Assembly: GCA_965215365.1 (NCBI GenBank)
Contig: CBDCDS010000003.1
Location: 1,120,001 to 1,184,000, forward strand
Direction: 5' to 3'
Length of the DNA: 64,000 bases
Source of the DNA: Gammaproteobacteria bacterium
GTDB taxonomy: Bacteria > Pseudomonadota > Gammaproteobacteria > Eutrophobiales > Eutrophobiaceae
Shown here: piece by piece, positions 21,230 to 30,076 of the stretch
Position numbering within the stretch: position 1 is the stretch's first letter
How the letters are laid out: the number at the start of each line of letters is the position of its first letter
Program-made: the position numbers and the translations under genes
Notes under the pieces: model-generated
What the model was told of the DNA's origin: nothing
Database searches by the model: none
Seen by the model: only the letters and a program-made list of their open reading frames with translations

Positions 21230-22504
21230 TCAAGGTGACCCACGGCTGGAAAAGTTTGCCACATCTTCTAGGTAATTTACAAAATTCTGGTAAATTATCT
21301 CGGCCTCGAAACGGCTTTTAAACAGGTTTAGAGCATTCTTGGAAAGTGTTTCCCTAGTCGATGGAGATTCAATGAGGCTGGTAATGCACTGTAACAACTC
21401 AGTGGCAGAATTATAGGTGTAGCCGCAATTATGTTGCTCAATAAGCTCTTTTGATATGCCCTGCAACCAGGAAATAACCGGCAAGCCACTACTGATATAC
21501 TCAAAAAATTTGTTGGACAGTGAATTCTGATAATCTTCGCGCCTTGCCACAGGTTGAATGCCCGCCAGACTGTGCTGCCTGAGCCAGTACAGATTATCGT
21601 GATCAATCTCACCCGGCAGAATAATATTGCCGCAACCTTCTGCCATACCGGTAACTTTATCTCTGTGCTGCCCACTGCCGCAGAATACAAACTTTACCCG
21701 CGGATGTGTCCGTTGCAAGGCTCTGGCTGCCTGTATTACAGGCTCAAACACTGAGGATATGGTGCTGTTCAATCTACCGGCGAAGTAAATGATCACGTCG
21801 TCATAAAAATTTACCTGTTGTTCCCGCCAGAACTTTGCAGAGATACTTTCATCAAGTTTCGTTGCTGTGGATTGGAAGCCCAGCTCAAACACGCAATCAA
21901 GCGAGCCTGCTTTCCGCTCAGCATAGCTCAACAGGTAATCCAGAAAAAAATCCGTGATACCAACCAGACCGGTTGCTGCTCTGCAAGCAAAACGCAGATC
22001 TTTCCTCATCAATGCTATGACGGGGCTTGCCAGCAGTGCCTTTGCTCCGGTCAGTTCGGTGGCTATGATGTCAGGCCACATATCCCTAGCATCCAGCACC
22101 AGTGGCACCTTGAATTGTCTCGCAAGCAAGGCGCAGGCCTTAGCTATTGACGGAGTTGGCATGGCGCTAACAATAAGGTCAGGTTTGTTTTGGTCGGCAG
22201 CTTTGACTGCCAGTTTATGGAACTTGTGGTAAAGCAATTGGTTATTCAACAGGCGCCTGAGTGAAACCGGTTTTTGGTAACTCACAGATGTATGCACGAA
22301 CCTGATGTCGTAGCCCGACTTATATTTGACCGTATGGTCTTTGCCGAACCTTTGCATCTTGGCAAGATGGTCGTAGTCCGAGCACCAACGCGTCACGCGA
22401 TGGCCCTTGCTGTGCAGTGCATCGGCCAGCATGGACATTCTGTAGGGTCGAAACACAGGGTCGGTCGGAACCTGTTCCTCTAGCTTTACCAGCCAGACAT
22501 ACAT
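21230..22504 (-). CDS. Glycosyltransferase family 4
   Basis: LDARDMWPD, FAGRL, SNKFFEYISSGLPVI. Confidence 0.85.
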   Translation of the reverse strand: MYVWLVKLEEQVPTDPVFRPYRMSMLADALHSKGHRVTRWCSDYDHLAKMQRFGKDHTVKYKSGYDIRFVHTSVSYQKPVSLRRLLNNQLLYHKFHKLAVKAADQNKPDLIVSAMPTPSIAKACALLARQFKVPLVLDARDMWPDIIATELTGAKALLASPVIALMRKDLRFACRAATGLVGITDFFLDYLLSYAERKAGSLDCVFELGFQSTATKLDESISAKFWREQQVNFYDDVIIYFAGRLNSTISSVFEPVIQAARALQRTHPRVKFVFCGSGQHRDKVTGMAEGCGNIILPGEIDHDNLYWLRQHSLAGIQPVARREDYQNSLSNKFFEYISSGLPVISWLQGISKELIEQHNCGYTYNSATELLQCITSLIESPSTRETLSKNALNLFKSRFEAEIIYQNFVNYLEDVANFSSRGSP

Positions 22505-22507
22505 GGG

Positions 22508-23623
22508 CTAGCAATCGTTTCGGCTTTCGCCAAAATATGTCCTGATACTGCTTATTACATACTGCACATTGTCGTCCGTCAGCTGTTCTCCCATAGGTAA
22601 ACTTAACAGCTGTGAGTCAGTGTGATTACAGAATGTATCCGCAGCTGCCTGTCCCAGATAGCGATAGGCCTCAAGTTTTGCCAGGGCCACCGGGTAGTGG
22701 ATGCCAGTTTGAATGCCTTTTTCATACAGATATGATTTCAGCCCGTCACGGTCTCCAACCCGGATGACAAACAAGTGATAAACATGCCGGCTCCACTGCG
22801 CTGCAACGGGCAGGATGCAGCCCGGGATATGGGCAAGCCCGCTTGCATACTGCCTAGCGATCTCGATCCTGCGCTCGGTCCAGCGCTCAAGATGTTGTAG
22901 TTTTACTGATAATACAGCAGCCTGAAGCCCATCCAGCCTGGAATTCCTGCCTTCAAATTCGTGGTTGAATTTGGAACTTCGCCCATGGTTGGCAATTTTT
23001 CTCAATTTGCCCGCCAGTGTTTCGTCCTTAACGGTGATGGCGCCAGCATCGCCATAAGCGCCCAGATTTTTGCCGGGATAAAAACTGAAGGCGCCGAAAT
23101 GCCCCATTGAGCCGACTTTCCGGCCCTTGTACTCAGCCCCATGAGCTTGCGCACAATCTTCAATTACCGCCAGATGATGTTTGTCTGCCAATTCCATAAT
23201 CGGGTCCATATCACACGGATGACCGTACAGGTGTACAGCGAGTATCGCCCCTGTTTTCGCGTTCAGGTGGGGTTCTGCGGTTTCGGCGCTGATAGTATAT
23301 GTGTCAGGGTCAACATCTGCGAACCTGACCGTATGATTGGTACGAGTAACCGCCTCGGCGCTGGCAATAAACGTATTGCCGGGGACGATAACCTCGCTAC
23401 ATGGGGGTAAATCGGCGGCTTGCAGTGCTATTTCGATGGCATCTGTGCCATTGCCAACCCCGATACAGTAGTTACTTTCACAATAGTCAGCAAACGCGGC
23501 TTCAAACTCTGCCAGTTTCTCACCACCGATAAATTCTGCTTTTTCAATGACTTCGAATACTGCTGCGTCTATTGCTGCTTTAATACTATGGTATTGAGCG
23601 GTCAGATCCAGGAATTTAATCAT
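22508..23623 (-). CDS. DegT/DnrJ/EryC1/StrS aminotransferase
   Basis: NGTDA, VHLYG, EDCAQAHG, SFYPGKNLGAYGDAG, NSRLDGLQAA. Confidence 0.92.
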   Translation of the reverse strand: MIKFLDLTAQYHSIKAAIDAAVFEVIEKAEFIGGEKLAEFEAAFADYCESNYCIGVGNGTDAIEIALQAADLPPCSEVIVPGNTFIASAEAVTRTNHTVRFADVDPDTYTISAETAEPHLNAKTGAILAVHLYGHPCDMDPIMELADKHHLAVIEDCAQAHGAEYKGRKVGSMGHFGAFSFYPGKNLGAYGDAGAITVKDETLAGKLRKIANHGRSSKFNHEFEGRNSRLDGLQAAVLSVKLQHLERWTERRIEIARQYASGLAHIPGCILPVAAQWSRHVYHLFVIRVGDRDGLKSYLYEKGIQTGIHYPVALAKLEAYRYLGQAAADTFCNHTDSQLLSLPMGEQLTDDNVQYVISSIRTYFGESRNDC

Positions 23624-23649
23624 CCAATTTCCGTCTCAATGCCGCTGGG

Positions 23650-23745
23650 TTGCGTCCATGGATGGATGCAATGAGGGAAATGAAAAATCATACTTTTTCA
23701 TTTCCGTCTCTAAAAATACCACGGAGGGTATTTTTAGAGGTTCCC
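23650..23745. repeat. Three abutting hairpins between the oxidoreductase and aminotransferase genes
   Basis: TTGCGTCC-ATGGAT-GGATGCAA; GGAAATGAAAAA-N6-TTTTTCATTTCC; CTCTAAAAATACC-ACGGAG-GGTATTTTTAGAG. Confidence 0.75.
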
Positions 23746-23791
23746 ATAAGTACTGGCGATAGCGATATTTTTCGATGCAGGGTATGTACTG

Positions 23792-24859
23792 TCATTTGCC
23801 CAAACGACACTTTGCAGGTGCAAAACGCAATTTTATTTCCTTGGATGTTTCAACGGATTCGTAGATTGCAGTGATCAGTTCTAGGCTGCGCCTGCCTTCA
23901 AGTCCGTCAACCAGATGCTGTTTCTGGTTGATGATAGCATCGACAACATGCTTGTAATAGGCCTTGTGACCAAATCCGTAAACATCAGGCGGGTTTACCG
24001 AATACTTTTCAACGACTTCGTGATCTTCGGCAGTTGCCTCAACAAACTCCCAGGTTTTCAACTGGTTAACCGCAAAACCACCAATTTCCACGCTACCCCG
24101 CTCGCCTAGTATGGATAATGAGCCTTCCAGATCTTTTGGCCTTGTGGCTGTGGTAGCTTCGATCAGGCCCAGTGCGCCATTGTTAAATCTCAGGGCGACG
24201 ACAGCCGTATCTTCCGCCTCAATATCAACCAGTGCCGTGGCGCTCATGGCAAAGACACTCTCTACATCCCCCATCATCCACTCAAGCAGGTCTATGTGGT
24301 GGCTCGCCTGGTTTGTCAACACACCGCCATCCAGGGCCCAGGTGCCACGCCATTGATCCTGATCGTAGTAGGACTGCGCCCGGCACCAGCGCACTCGCGC
24401 CGTTCCCAGTACCAGTTTGCCGAAGCGGCCGGCCTCCAGCGCCTCACGGGTCTTTACAACAGGTACATTAAACCGGTTTTGTTTGACAACAAACAGCTTG
24501 CAGCCAGATGAATCACAAGCCGTTATCATGGCATCGGCATCGTCCAGGGTCAAAGCCATGGGTTTTTCGACGATGATATGTTTGCCATAGCGCGCCAGAT
24601 CAATGACATGTTGTGCGTGCCGGCCACTTTCCGTTAACACAACAACAACGTCGATCTCCTCAGACTGCATCATGTCATGCATATTCTCATAGGCCGGCAC
24701 GTTGAATTGACCAGCTGTTTTCATCGCTTTGGCAAGCGTAGTGTCACAAACGGCAGCCAGACTGGCGCCGTCAATTTGATGGTGGCCCAACAGTTCGGAA
24801 TGGCGCTTAGCTATTCTGCCACAGCCAACTAGGGCAAATGTGAGAGTATCTTTTTTCAC
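23792..24859 (-). CDS. Gfo/Idh/MocA (WlbA/WbpB-like) oxidoreductase
   Basis: FALVGCGRI, EKPMAL, VKQNRFN, DGGVLTNQASHHIDL; GTG at 24859 preferred. Confidence 0.88.
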   Translation of the reverse strand: MKKDTLTFALVGCGRIAKRHSELLGHHQIDGASLAAVCDTTLAKAMKTAGQFNVPAYENMHDMMQSEEIDVVVVLTESGRHAQHVIDLARYGKHIIVEKPMALTLDDADAMITACDSSGCKLFVVKQNRFNVPVVKTREALEAGRFGKLVLGTARVRWCRAQSYYDQDQWRGTWALDGGVLTNQASHHIDLLEWMMGDVESVFAMSATALVDIEAEDTAVVALRFNNGALGLIEATTATRPKDLEGSLSILGERGSVEIGGFAVNQLKTWEFVEATAEDHEVVEKYSVNPPDVYGFGHKAYYKHVVDAIINQKQHLVDGLEGRRSLELITAIYESVETSKEIKLRFAPAKCRLGK

Positions 24860-25076
24860 AGCTATAAATTTAACGAATTTGGACAGCGCAGCTGGCCCCA
24901 TCGGGGCAAACTACACGGATGTAGTTTGCAAATCGTCTATCCTGACGATTTGTCATTTTCAAGCACTTACGTGCTTGCTGTTACTGGCAGCATATCCTTA
25001 TGCTGCACGGGTGCTTCTAATCGCACTGGCGACGCATTATATAATGATCCTGGGTACGGACATAGAATTCGATTCA

Positions 25077-25163
25077 GGTCGCAGCAGGGTGACGGCAACC
25101 TTCTTGGATTTGCAGGCAGAGTCAGGGGGGGGGCGGAAACTTGATGCCTCTCTTAACTTGCCT
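25077..25163 (+). pseudogene. Fragment of a Uma2 paralogue
   Basis: VTATFLDLQAESGGGRKLDASLNLP matches VTFLDLQAESKPMEIDMSLNLP in 27012-27803. Confidence 0.75.
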
Positions 25164-25166
25164 TCA

Positions 25167-25413
25167 GAGTATCTCCCGACTTCAACATGCCCATGCCAAA
25201 GGGGGTGGCTTGTAGGAGGTCACCAACCGGATGTCAAACCACCCCCTTGGCGCCCGCAGGCTGTCCTTGATCCGTGGCCACGGCCAATGGAAACCGGGCC
25301 CGCCTGCGGGCATGCAGGCAATCAGCAGTTCCAATTCCTTGCAGCTGATCCACCAGCCCCGGTTGCAGTTGCCAGGTGCAACCACTGGGCCCGTGACCTT
25401 GTTCCCTCAGGCA
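25167..25413 (-). ncRNA. Candidate structured ncRNA (~245 nt), present in all three repeat copies
   Basis: Four stems, minus-strand TAGAAT -10 box, and a frame-breaking but stem-preserving deletion in copy 2; no family recognised. Confidence 0.4.
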
Positions 25414-25462
25414 GTGGTGATTCTATCTGTTTCGGATAACCTGAAAAGCAAAAAATCATCAA

Positions 25463-25484
25463 AAATGTGGGAAAACTCACATTT
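25463..25484. promoter_or_regulatory. CRP-like palindrome AAATGTGG-N6-TCACATTT
   Basis: Core also at 26837-26852, 28186-28201 and 16466-16481. Confidence 0.6.
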
Positions 25485-25575
25485 TTGCGAAAAAAGATGG
25501 CTATTGTGCGCAGCTTCGGCTCCGACAAGACAACAGGGTATCCATTTGTTCGCCGTTCACCACCTAAAGAACTAA

Positions 25576-25590
25576 CCCGCAGATCTCACC
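25576..25590 (+). repeat. Isolated MITE terminal repeat
   Basis: CTAA followed by CCCGCAGATCTCACC. Confidence 0.7.
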
Positions 25591-25644
25591 CCTTGTCATT
25601 TCTGGTATACTCGGCGCAGGTTTTGTTAAAAGTGCGGCGGCCAC

Positions 25645-26463
25645 ATGAATAGCGTTACGGCATTATCGTCTAATCCTTTTTTGCACAGCATCGAAGACAG
25701 GCTGCGCGAGCAACTGAAGGAAACAAAACAGACTTCACTGGGGTCGGAGTATGTGGCGTTTCATGCCAGCCGGGACGATGTGGTTGCCTTGGCTGCATCA
25801 GATATGGTGAATACCTTCCGGCGTGTGGTGCTTGATCCGGTACGGGAACTGGTGGTGCTGATGGCGCCAAGTGGAAGGCACGAGTGGATTTCAGGCGATA
25901 TAGATCGTTTTGCCAGCAGTGTGTGTACCTTGAAGGGGATTAAGATGGAACAGCTGAGGGCCACCCGCTGGCGCCGGGAGAGCGATCCGAAGAACACCGG
26001 CAATGAAGCGGATTGCAGTTTTTATTTCGGCGAAAAAGCGCTTGGTTATGTTGCGGCGCGTGCGCGGAGTGAGGATGAGGATGATGCATATACGTTTCGA
26101 GTGCCGCCGGACCTGGTGGTGGAGATAGGGCTGACCCATGTATCGAAGGAGAAATATCTGAGTTACCGGGACAAGGGCGTAGCCGAATTCTGGCAGTTGA
26201 ATGCGCACCCGCGCAAACAGGGCGGAAGCATGGTAACGGTCGCCTTTCTGGATTTACAGGCACAGCCGAGGCCATTGAAAATTGACACATCACTTAATTT
26301 GCCTAGTGTCACTCCGGTGCACGTTAGCAGGTTTTTTCGCCTGCGGTCTGGAAAATTGCTGGATCATTATGAGGTTATCGAAGCAGTTCGCGCGCTCCTT
26401 GAAGATGACAACAGCGGCATGATGGTTCGTGAGGAAGCCGAAGAATATGAACTTGCAAACTGA
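25645..26463 (+). CDS. Uma2 (DUF820) family PD-(D/E)XK endonuclease, paralogue 1
   Basis: MAPSGRHE, EADCSFY, PPDLVVEIG, KYLSYRDKGVAEFW. Confidence 0.85.
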   Translation: MNSVTALSSNPFLHSIEDRLREQLKETKQTSLGSEYVAFHASRDDVVALAASDMVNTFRRVVLDPVRELVVLMAPSGRHEWISGDIDRFASSVCTLKGIKMEQLRATRWRRESDPKNTGNEADCSFYFGEKALGYVAARARSEDEDDAYTFRVPPDLVVEIGLTHVSKEKYLSYRDKGVAEFWQLNAHPRKQGGSMVTVAFLDLQAQPRPLKIDTSLNLPSVTPVHVSRFFRLRSGKLLDHYEVIEAVRALLEDDNSGMMVREEAEEYELAN

Positions 26464-26548
26464 AGCAAGGACTTACTCATAATACCTAGTCAGTCCTCCG
26501 GCAGCCGCGTTCACTGTCAGTAACAGCCACGATTTTTACCCATTCGGG

Positions 26549-26872
26549 GTATCTCCCGACTTCAACATGCCCATGCCAAAGGGGGTGGCTTGTAGGAGGT
26601 CACCAACCGGATGTCAAACCACCCCCTTGGCGCCCGCAGGCTGTCCTTGATCCGTGGCCACGGCCAATGGAAACCGGGCCCGCCTGCGGGCATGCAGGCA
26701 ATCAGCAGTTCCAGCTGATCCACCAGCCCCGGTTGCAGTTGTCAGGTGCAACCACTGGGCTCGTGACCTTGTTTCCCTCAGGCAATGACGATTCTATCGG
26801 TTTCGGATATCCTGAAAAGCAAAAAATCATCAAAAATGTGGGAAAACTCACATTTTTGTGAAAAAAGATGGC
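26549..26872. repeat. Non-coding repeat, copy 2
   Basis: Left part identical to copy 1; 10-bp loop deletion, 1-bp insertion and a few substitutions. Confidence 0.95.
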
Positions 26873-27011
26873 TATTATGTGCAGCTTCGGCTCCAACGGG
26901 ACAACAGGGCATCCATTTGTTCGCCGTTCATCGCATCAAGAATCGAATTCGTCCCCCGGTCATTTCTGCTACAATTAACGCAGGTTTAATTCAAGGTATG
27001 GGGACGGCGAT

Positions 27012-27803
27012 ATGAACAGTGTTACGGCCTTGCCTGCCAATCTTCTTTTGCAGGACAGGGAAGTTAAAAGTACATCTTTAGGGTCTGGATACGTCGCGTT
27101 TCATGCCAGCCGGGATGAGGTGGTTGCCTTGGCGGCCTCAGACCTGGTGAATACGTTCCGGCGGGTGGTACTCGATCCGGTGCGTGGCCTGGTGATGCTG
27201 ATGTCGCCGAGTGCCGGGCATGATGATGTTTCGGGGGTAATAGATGATTTTGTCGGCAGCGTTACCACCTTGAAGAAAATTAAGACAAAAAAACTGCGTG
27301 CTACCCGCTGGCGTCAGGAGAATGAACCGAAGAACACCGGTAATGAAGCAGATTGCAGTTTTTACTTTGGTGACAAGGCTCGGGGTTTCGCAAAAGCGAG
27401 TTCGATGAGTATTGAGGAAGGCGATGCTTACTCGTTCAAGGTGCCGCCAGACCTGGTGGTTGAGGTTGGGCTTACCCATGTATCAAAGCAGAAGTACCTG
27501 AGTTATCGGGACAAGGGAGTGGTCGAGCTCTGGCAGTTGAATGCCCGTTCTCACAGGCAGGGTCACAGGATAATGACAGTGACCTTTTTGGATTTGCAGG
27601 CGGAGTCGAAGCCGATGGAAATTGACATGTCACTTAATCTTCCCGATGTCACGCCTGCTCACGTTGCCAGGTTCATACGAGAACAGTCTGGAAAATTACT
27701 GGATCATTATGAGGTTATCGAAGCAGTTCGCGCACTCCTTGAAGATGACAACAGCGGCATGATGGTTCGTGAGGAAGCCGAAGAGTACGAGGCCGCAAGC
27801 TGA
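27012..27803 (+). CDS. Uma2 family endonuclease, paralogue 2
   Basis: MSPSAGHD, EADCSFY, PPDLVVEVG, KYLSYRDKGVVELW. Confidence 0.85.
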   Translation: MNSVTALPANLLLQDREVKSTSLGSGYVAFHASRDEVVALAASDLVNTFRRVVLDPVRGLVMLMSPSAGHDDVSGVIDDFVGSVTTLKKIKTKKLRATRWRQENEPKNTGNEADCSFYFGDKARGFAKASSMSIEEGDAYSFKVPPDLVVEVGLTHVSKQKYLSYRDKGVVELWQLNARSHRQGHRIMTVTFLDLQAESKPMEIDMSLNLPDVTPAHVARFIREQSGKLLDHYEVIEAVRALLEDDNSGMMVREEAEEYEAAS

Positions 27804-27886
27804 AGCAAGGGCTTACCTGTAATGTCTGGCAGGTCCTACGGCAGCCACGCTTGCCGGGAATGATAGCCAGGATTTTTATTGCCTCG

Positions 27887-28221
27887 GAGTATCTCCCGAC
27901 TTCAACATGCCCATGCCAAAGGGGGTGGCTTGTAGGAGGTCACCAACCGGATGTCAAACCACCCCCTTGGCGCCCGCAGGCTGTCCTTGATCCGTGGCCA
28001 CGGCCAATGGAAACCGGGCCCGCCTGCGGGCATGCAGGCAATCAGCAGTTCCAATTCCTTGCAGCTGATCCACCAGCCCCGGTTGCAGTTGCCAGGTGCA
28101 ACCACTGGGCCCGTGACCTTGTTCCCTCAGGCAGTGGTGATTCTATCTGTTTCGGATAACCTGAAAAGCAAAAAATCATCAAAAATGTGGGAAAACTCAC
28201 ATTTTTGTGAAAAAAGATGGC
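27887..28221. repeat. Non-coding repeat, copy 3
   Basis: One difference from copy 1 (offset 2720). Confidence 0.95.
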
Positions 28222-28360
28222 AGTCGCGCGCAGTTTTGCTCTTCAACAGGGCGAGAAGGCATCTGTTTGTTCGCCATTCACCGCCTGAAGAACCTGAAGC
28301 GCCGCTTGTCATTTCTGCTATACTCAACCTAGGTTTTATGCAAACTACGACGGCAGCTAC

Positions 28361-28576
28361 ATGAACAGCGTTACGGCGTTATCGGCTAATCCTTTTTTGC
28401 GCAGCATCGAAGACAGGCTACGTGAGCGACTGGGGGACATGCAATGCACTGCCTTTGGCTCGGAGTACGTTGCGTTCCATGCCAGCCGGGATGAGGCAGT
28501 TCGCAATCTCCTTGAAGACAGGAACAGTGGCATGATGATTCGTGAGGAAGCAGAAGAATACGAACTTGTAAGCTGA
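28361..28576 (+). pseudogene. Uma2 paralogue 3 with an in-frame deletion of the whole nuclease core
   Basis: N-terminus (...FHASRDE) fused directly to the C-terminal tail (AVRNLLEDRNSGMMIREEAEEYE). Confidence 0.85.
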
Positions 28577-28597
28577 GGCAAGGGCTTACCCATCTGC

Positions 28598-29470
28598 ATG
28601 CATCGTATAGCTATAACAGGAGCGGGCGGATTCATTGGAACGCACTTGAGCAGGCATTTGGACACCCGGGGTTTTAATTTTGTGACCATGAGGAGGACGG
28701 AAAATGATTTCATTTATCCGCCGAACCCGGAGGCATTTGACTCAATTATCCATCTGGCAGCCAGAGCGCATAAGAAAAAAAGCCAAAAGACCAAACTATC
28801 CTATACGTTGAACCTTGCCGAAAAGGCTATCAATTCCAACGTAAGGCAGTTCATCTTTATAAGTTCCATAGGGGTGTTGGGAGAGTTTTCCGGGAGTTCA
28901 CCCTTTAACTCCGATAGCCCATATAATCCTTATAACGATTATTCGATCTCAAAAATGGAGGCGGAAGAAGCGATAAAACGGGTCTTTCATGGTACTGATG
29001 TAAAGTGGACAATTATCAGACCCCCTCTGGTTTATGGCACTGGCGCAAAAGGGAACTTTAGAACGCTCAGTAATTTGGTCCAGAGAGTGCCGATTATGCC
29101 TCTGGGCTCAATCAAAGCAGTACGCTCCTTTTGTTCGGTAAACAATTTATGTGATCTGATTATTAATTGTTTGGGTAATGAGAGATCATATAGCCAGACA
29201 TTTCTTGTCAGTGATGACATTAGTTTAGCTCTGACAGATATGATTAAGATGCTTTACAGGAGTCTGGATAAGTCCTGTTGGCTCGTCCCCGTCCCTTATC
29301 CTCTCATGTATCTGGCGGGTTTGATTACCGGTAAAACTCAGGCCTTGAGAAAACTGAACAGTTCACTGACTCTGGACATCAGTCACACAAAAGAAACCTT
29401 GGGCTGGCGGCCACCTTATGCTATGGAAGCGGAAATCAGAAAGGCATTAAATGATGATCAGGCTGTTTGA
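28598..29470 (+). CDS. NAD-dependent epimerase/dehydratase
   Basis: TGAGGFIG, IHLAARAH, YSISK, RPPLVYG. Confidence 0.88.
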   Translation: MHRIAITGAGGFIGTHLSRHLDTRGFNFVTMRRTENDFIYPPNPEAFDSIIHLAARAHKKKSQKTKLSYTLNLAEKAINSNVRQFIFISSIGVLGEFSGSSPFNSDSPYNPYNDYSISKMEAEEAIKRVFHGTDVKWTIIRPPLVYGTGAKGNFRTLSNLVQRVPIMPLGSIKAVRSFCSVNNLCDLIINCLGNERSYSQTFLVSDDISLALTDMIKMLYRSLDKSCWLVPVPYPLMYLAGLITGKTQALRKLNSSLTLDISHTKETLGWRPPYAMEAEIRKALNDDQAV

Positions 29471-30017
29471 TATCTTACTATCCATTACTGCCCTGATCTT
29501 GCTGGCACCGTTCATGGTTGTGATTTATCTGTTGATTATGGCCGAAACCAGAGACCCCGTATACGTTCAGGAAAGGGTCGGTTATAAACAACGAGCATTC
29601 ATTCTTTATAAATTTCGCACCATGAAATCCAACACCCCCTCACTGGCTACACATCTGGTCAGTGAGAGTGCTTTGACGGTGACGGGCAGATTGTTGAGAA
29701 AAACCAAATTCGATGAATTGCCGCAACTGATTAACGTACTCAGGGGCGAGATGAGTCTGGTGGGGCCGAGACCATGTTTGTTCAACCAGTCGGAACTTAT
29801 TCTTGCCCGTGACAGGCTTGGGGTTTTCCAGGTGCTGCCTGGCATAACCGGTTTGTCTCAACTCAGAAAGATTGACATGTCCATGCCAGAACTGCTTGCC
29901 AGCTCGGATGCTGAGATGATTAGTGGTTTTTCGCTTGCCAGATATTTCCAATACCTTGTTTTAACAGCATTGGGTCTGGGCGCCGGTGATCGAGTTGATA
30001 AAAATCCCGTTAAGTGA
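29451..30017 (+). CDS. Bacterial sugar transferase (initiating phosphoglycosyl transferase)
   Basis: RLFDI, KFRTM, DELPQLINVLRGEMSLVGPRP, PGITG. Confidence 0.9.
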   Translation: MMIRLFDILLSITALILLAPFMVVIYLLIMAETRDPVYVQERVGYKQRAFILYKFRTMKSNTPSLATHLVSESALTVTGRLLRKTKFDELPQLINVLRGEMSLVGPRPCLFNQSELILARDRLGVFQVLPGITGLSQLRKIDMSMPELLASSDAEMISGFSLARYFQYLVLTALGLGAGDRVDKNPVK

Positions 30018-30076
30018 ATCATATTTGATCTTGTTGTAAAGTCATTGCTGCGGACTCCAACATCGAATAAGCAAAT

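Larger units (their letters stand above)
25167..25501. repeat. 335-bp non-coding repeat, copy 1
   Basis: One difference from 27887-28221. Confidence 0.95.

Noticed and set aside
25125-25133. G9 tract as a phase-variation switch
   Set aside because: It lies in a gene fragment with no start.
25182-25575. ORFs of 64-137 aa within the repeat copies, and the 199-aa ORF 24840-25439
   Set aside because: Copy 2's indels break the frames. The 199-aa ORF is a chance read-through of the Uma2 fragment into the repeat.
25645-27803. Diversity-generating retroelement or retron as the explanation for the array
   Set aside because: There is no reverse transcriptase in the window and the differences are not confined to adenines.
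25167-28221. CRISPR array or integron cassette array
   Set aside because: The repeats are ~330 bp with paralogous genes between them; I saw no cas gene, no integrase and no attC-type RYYYAAC/GTTRRRY ends.
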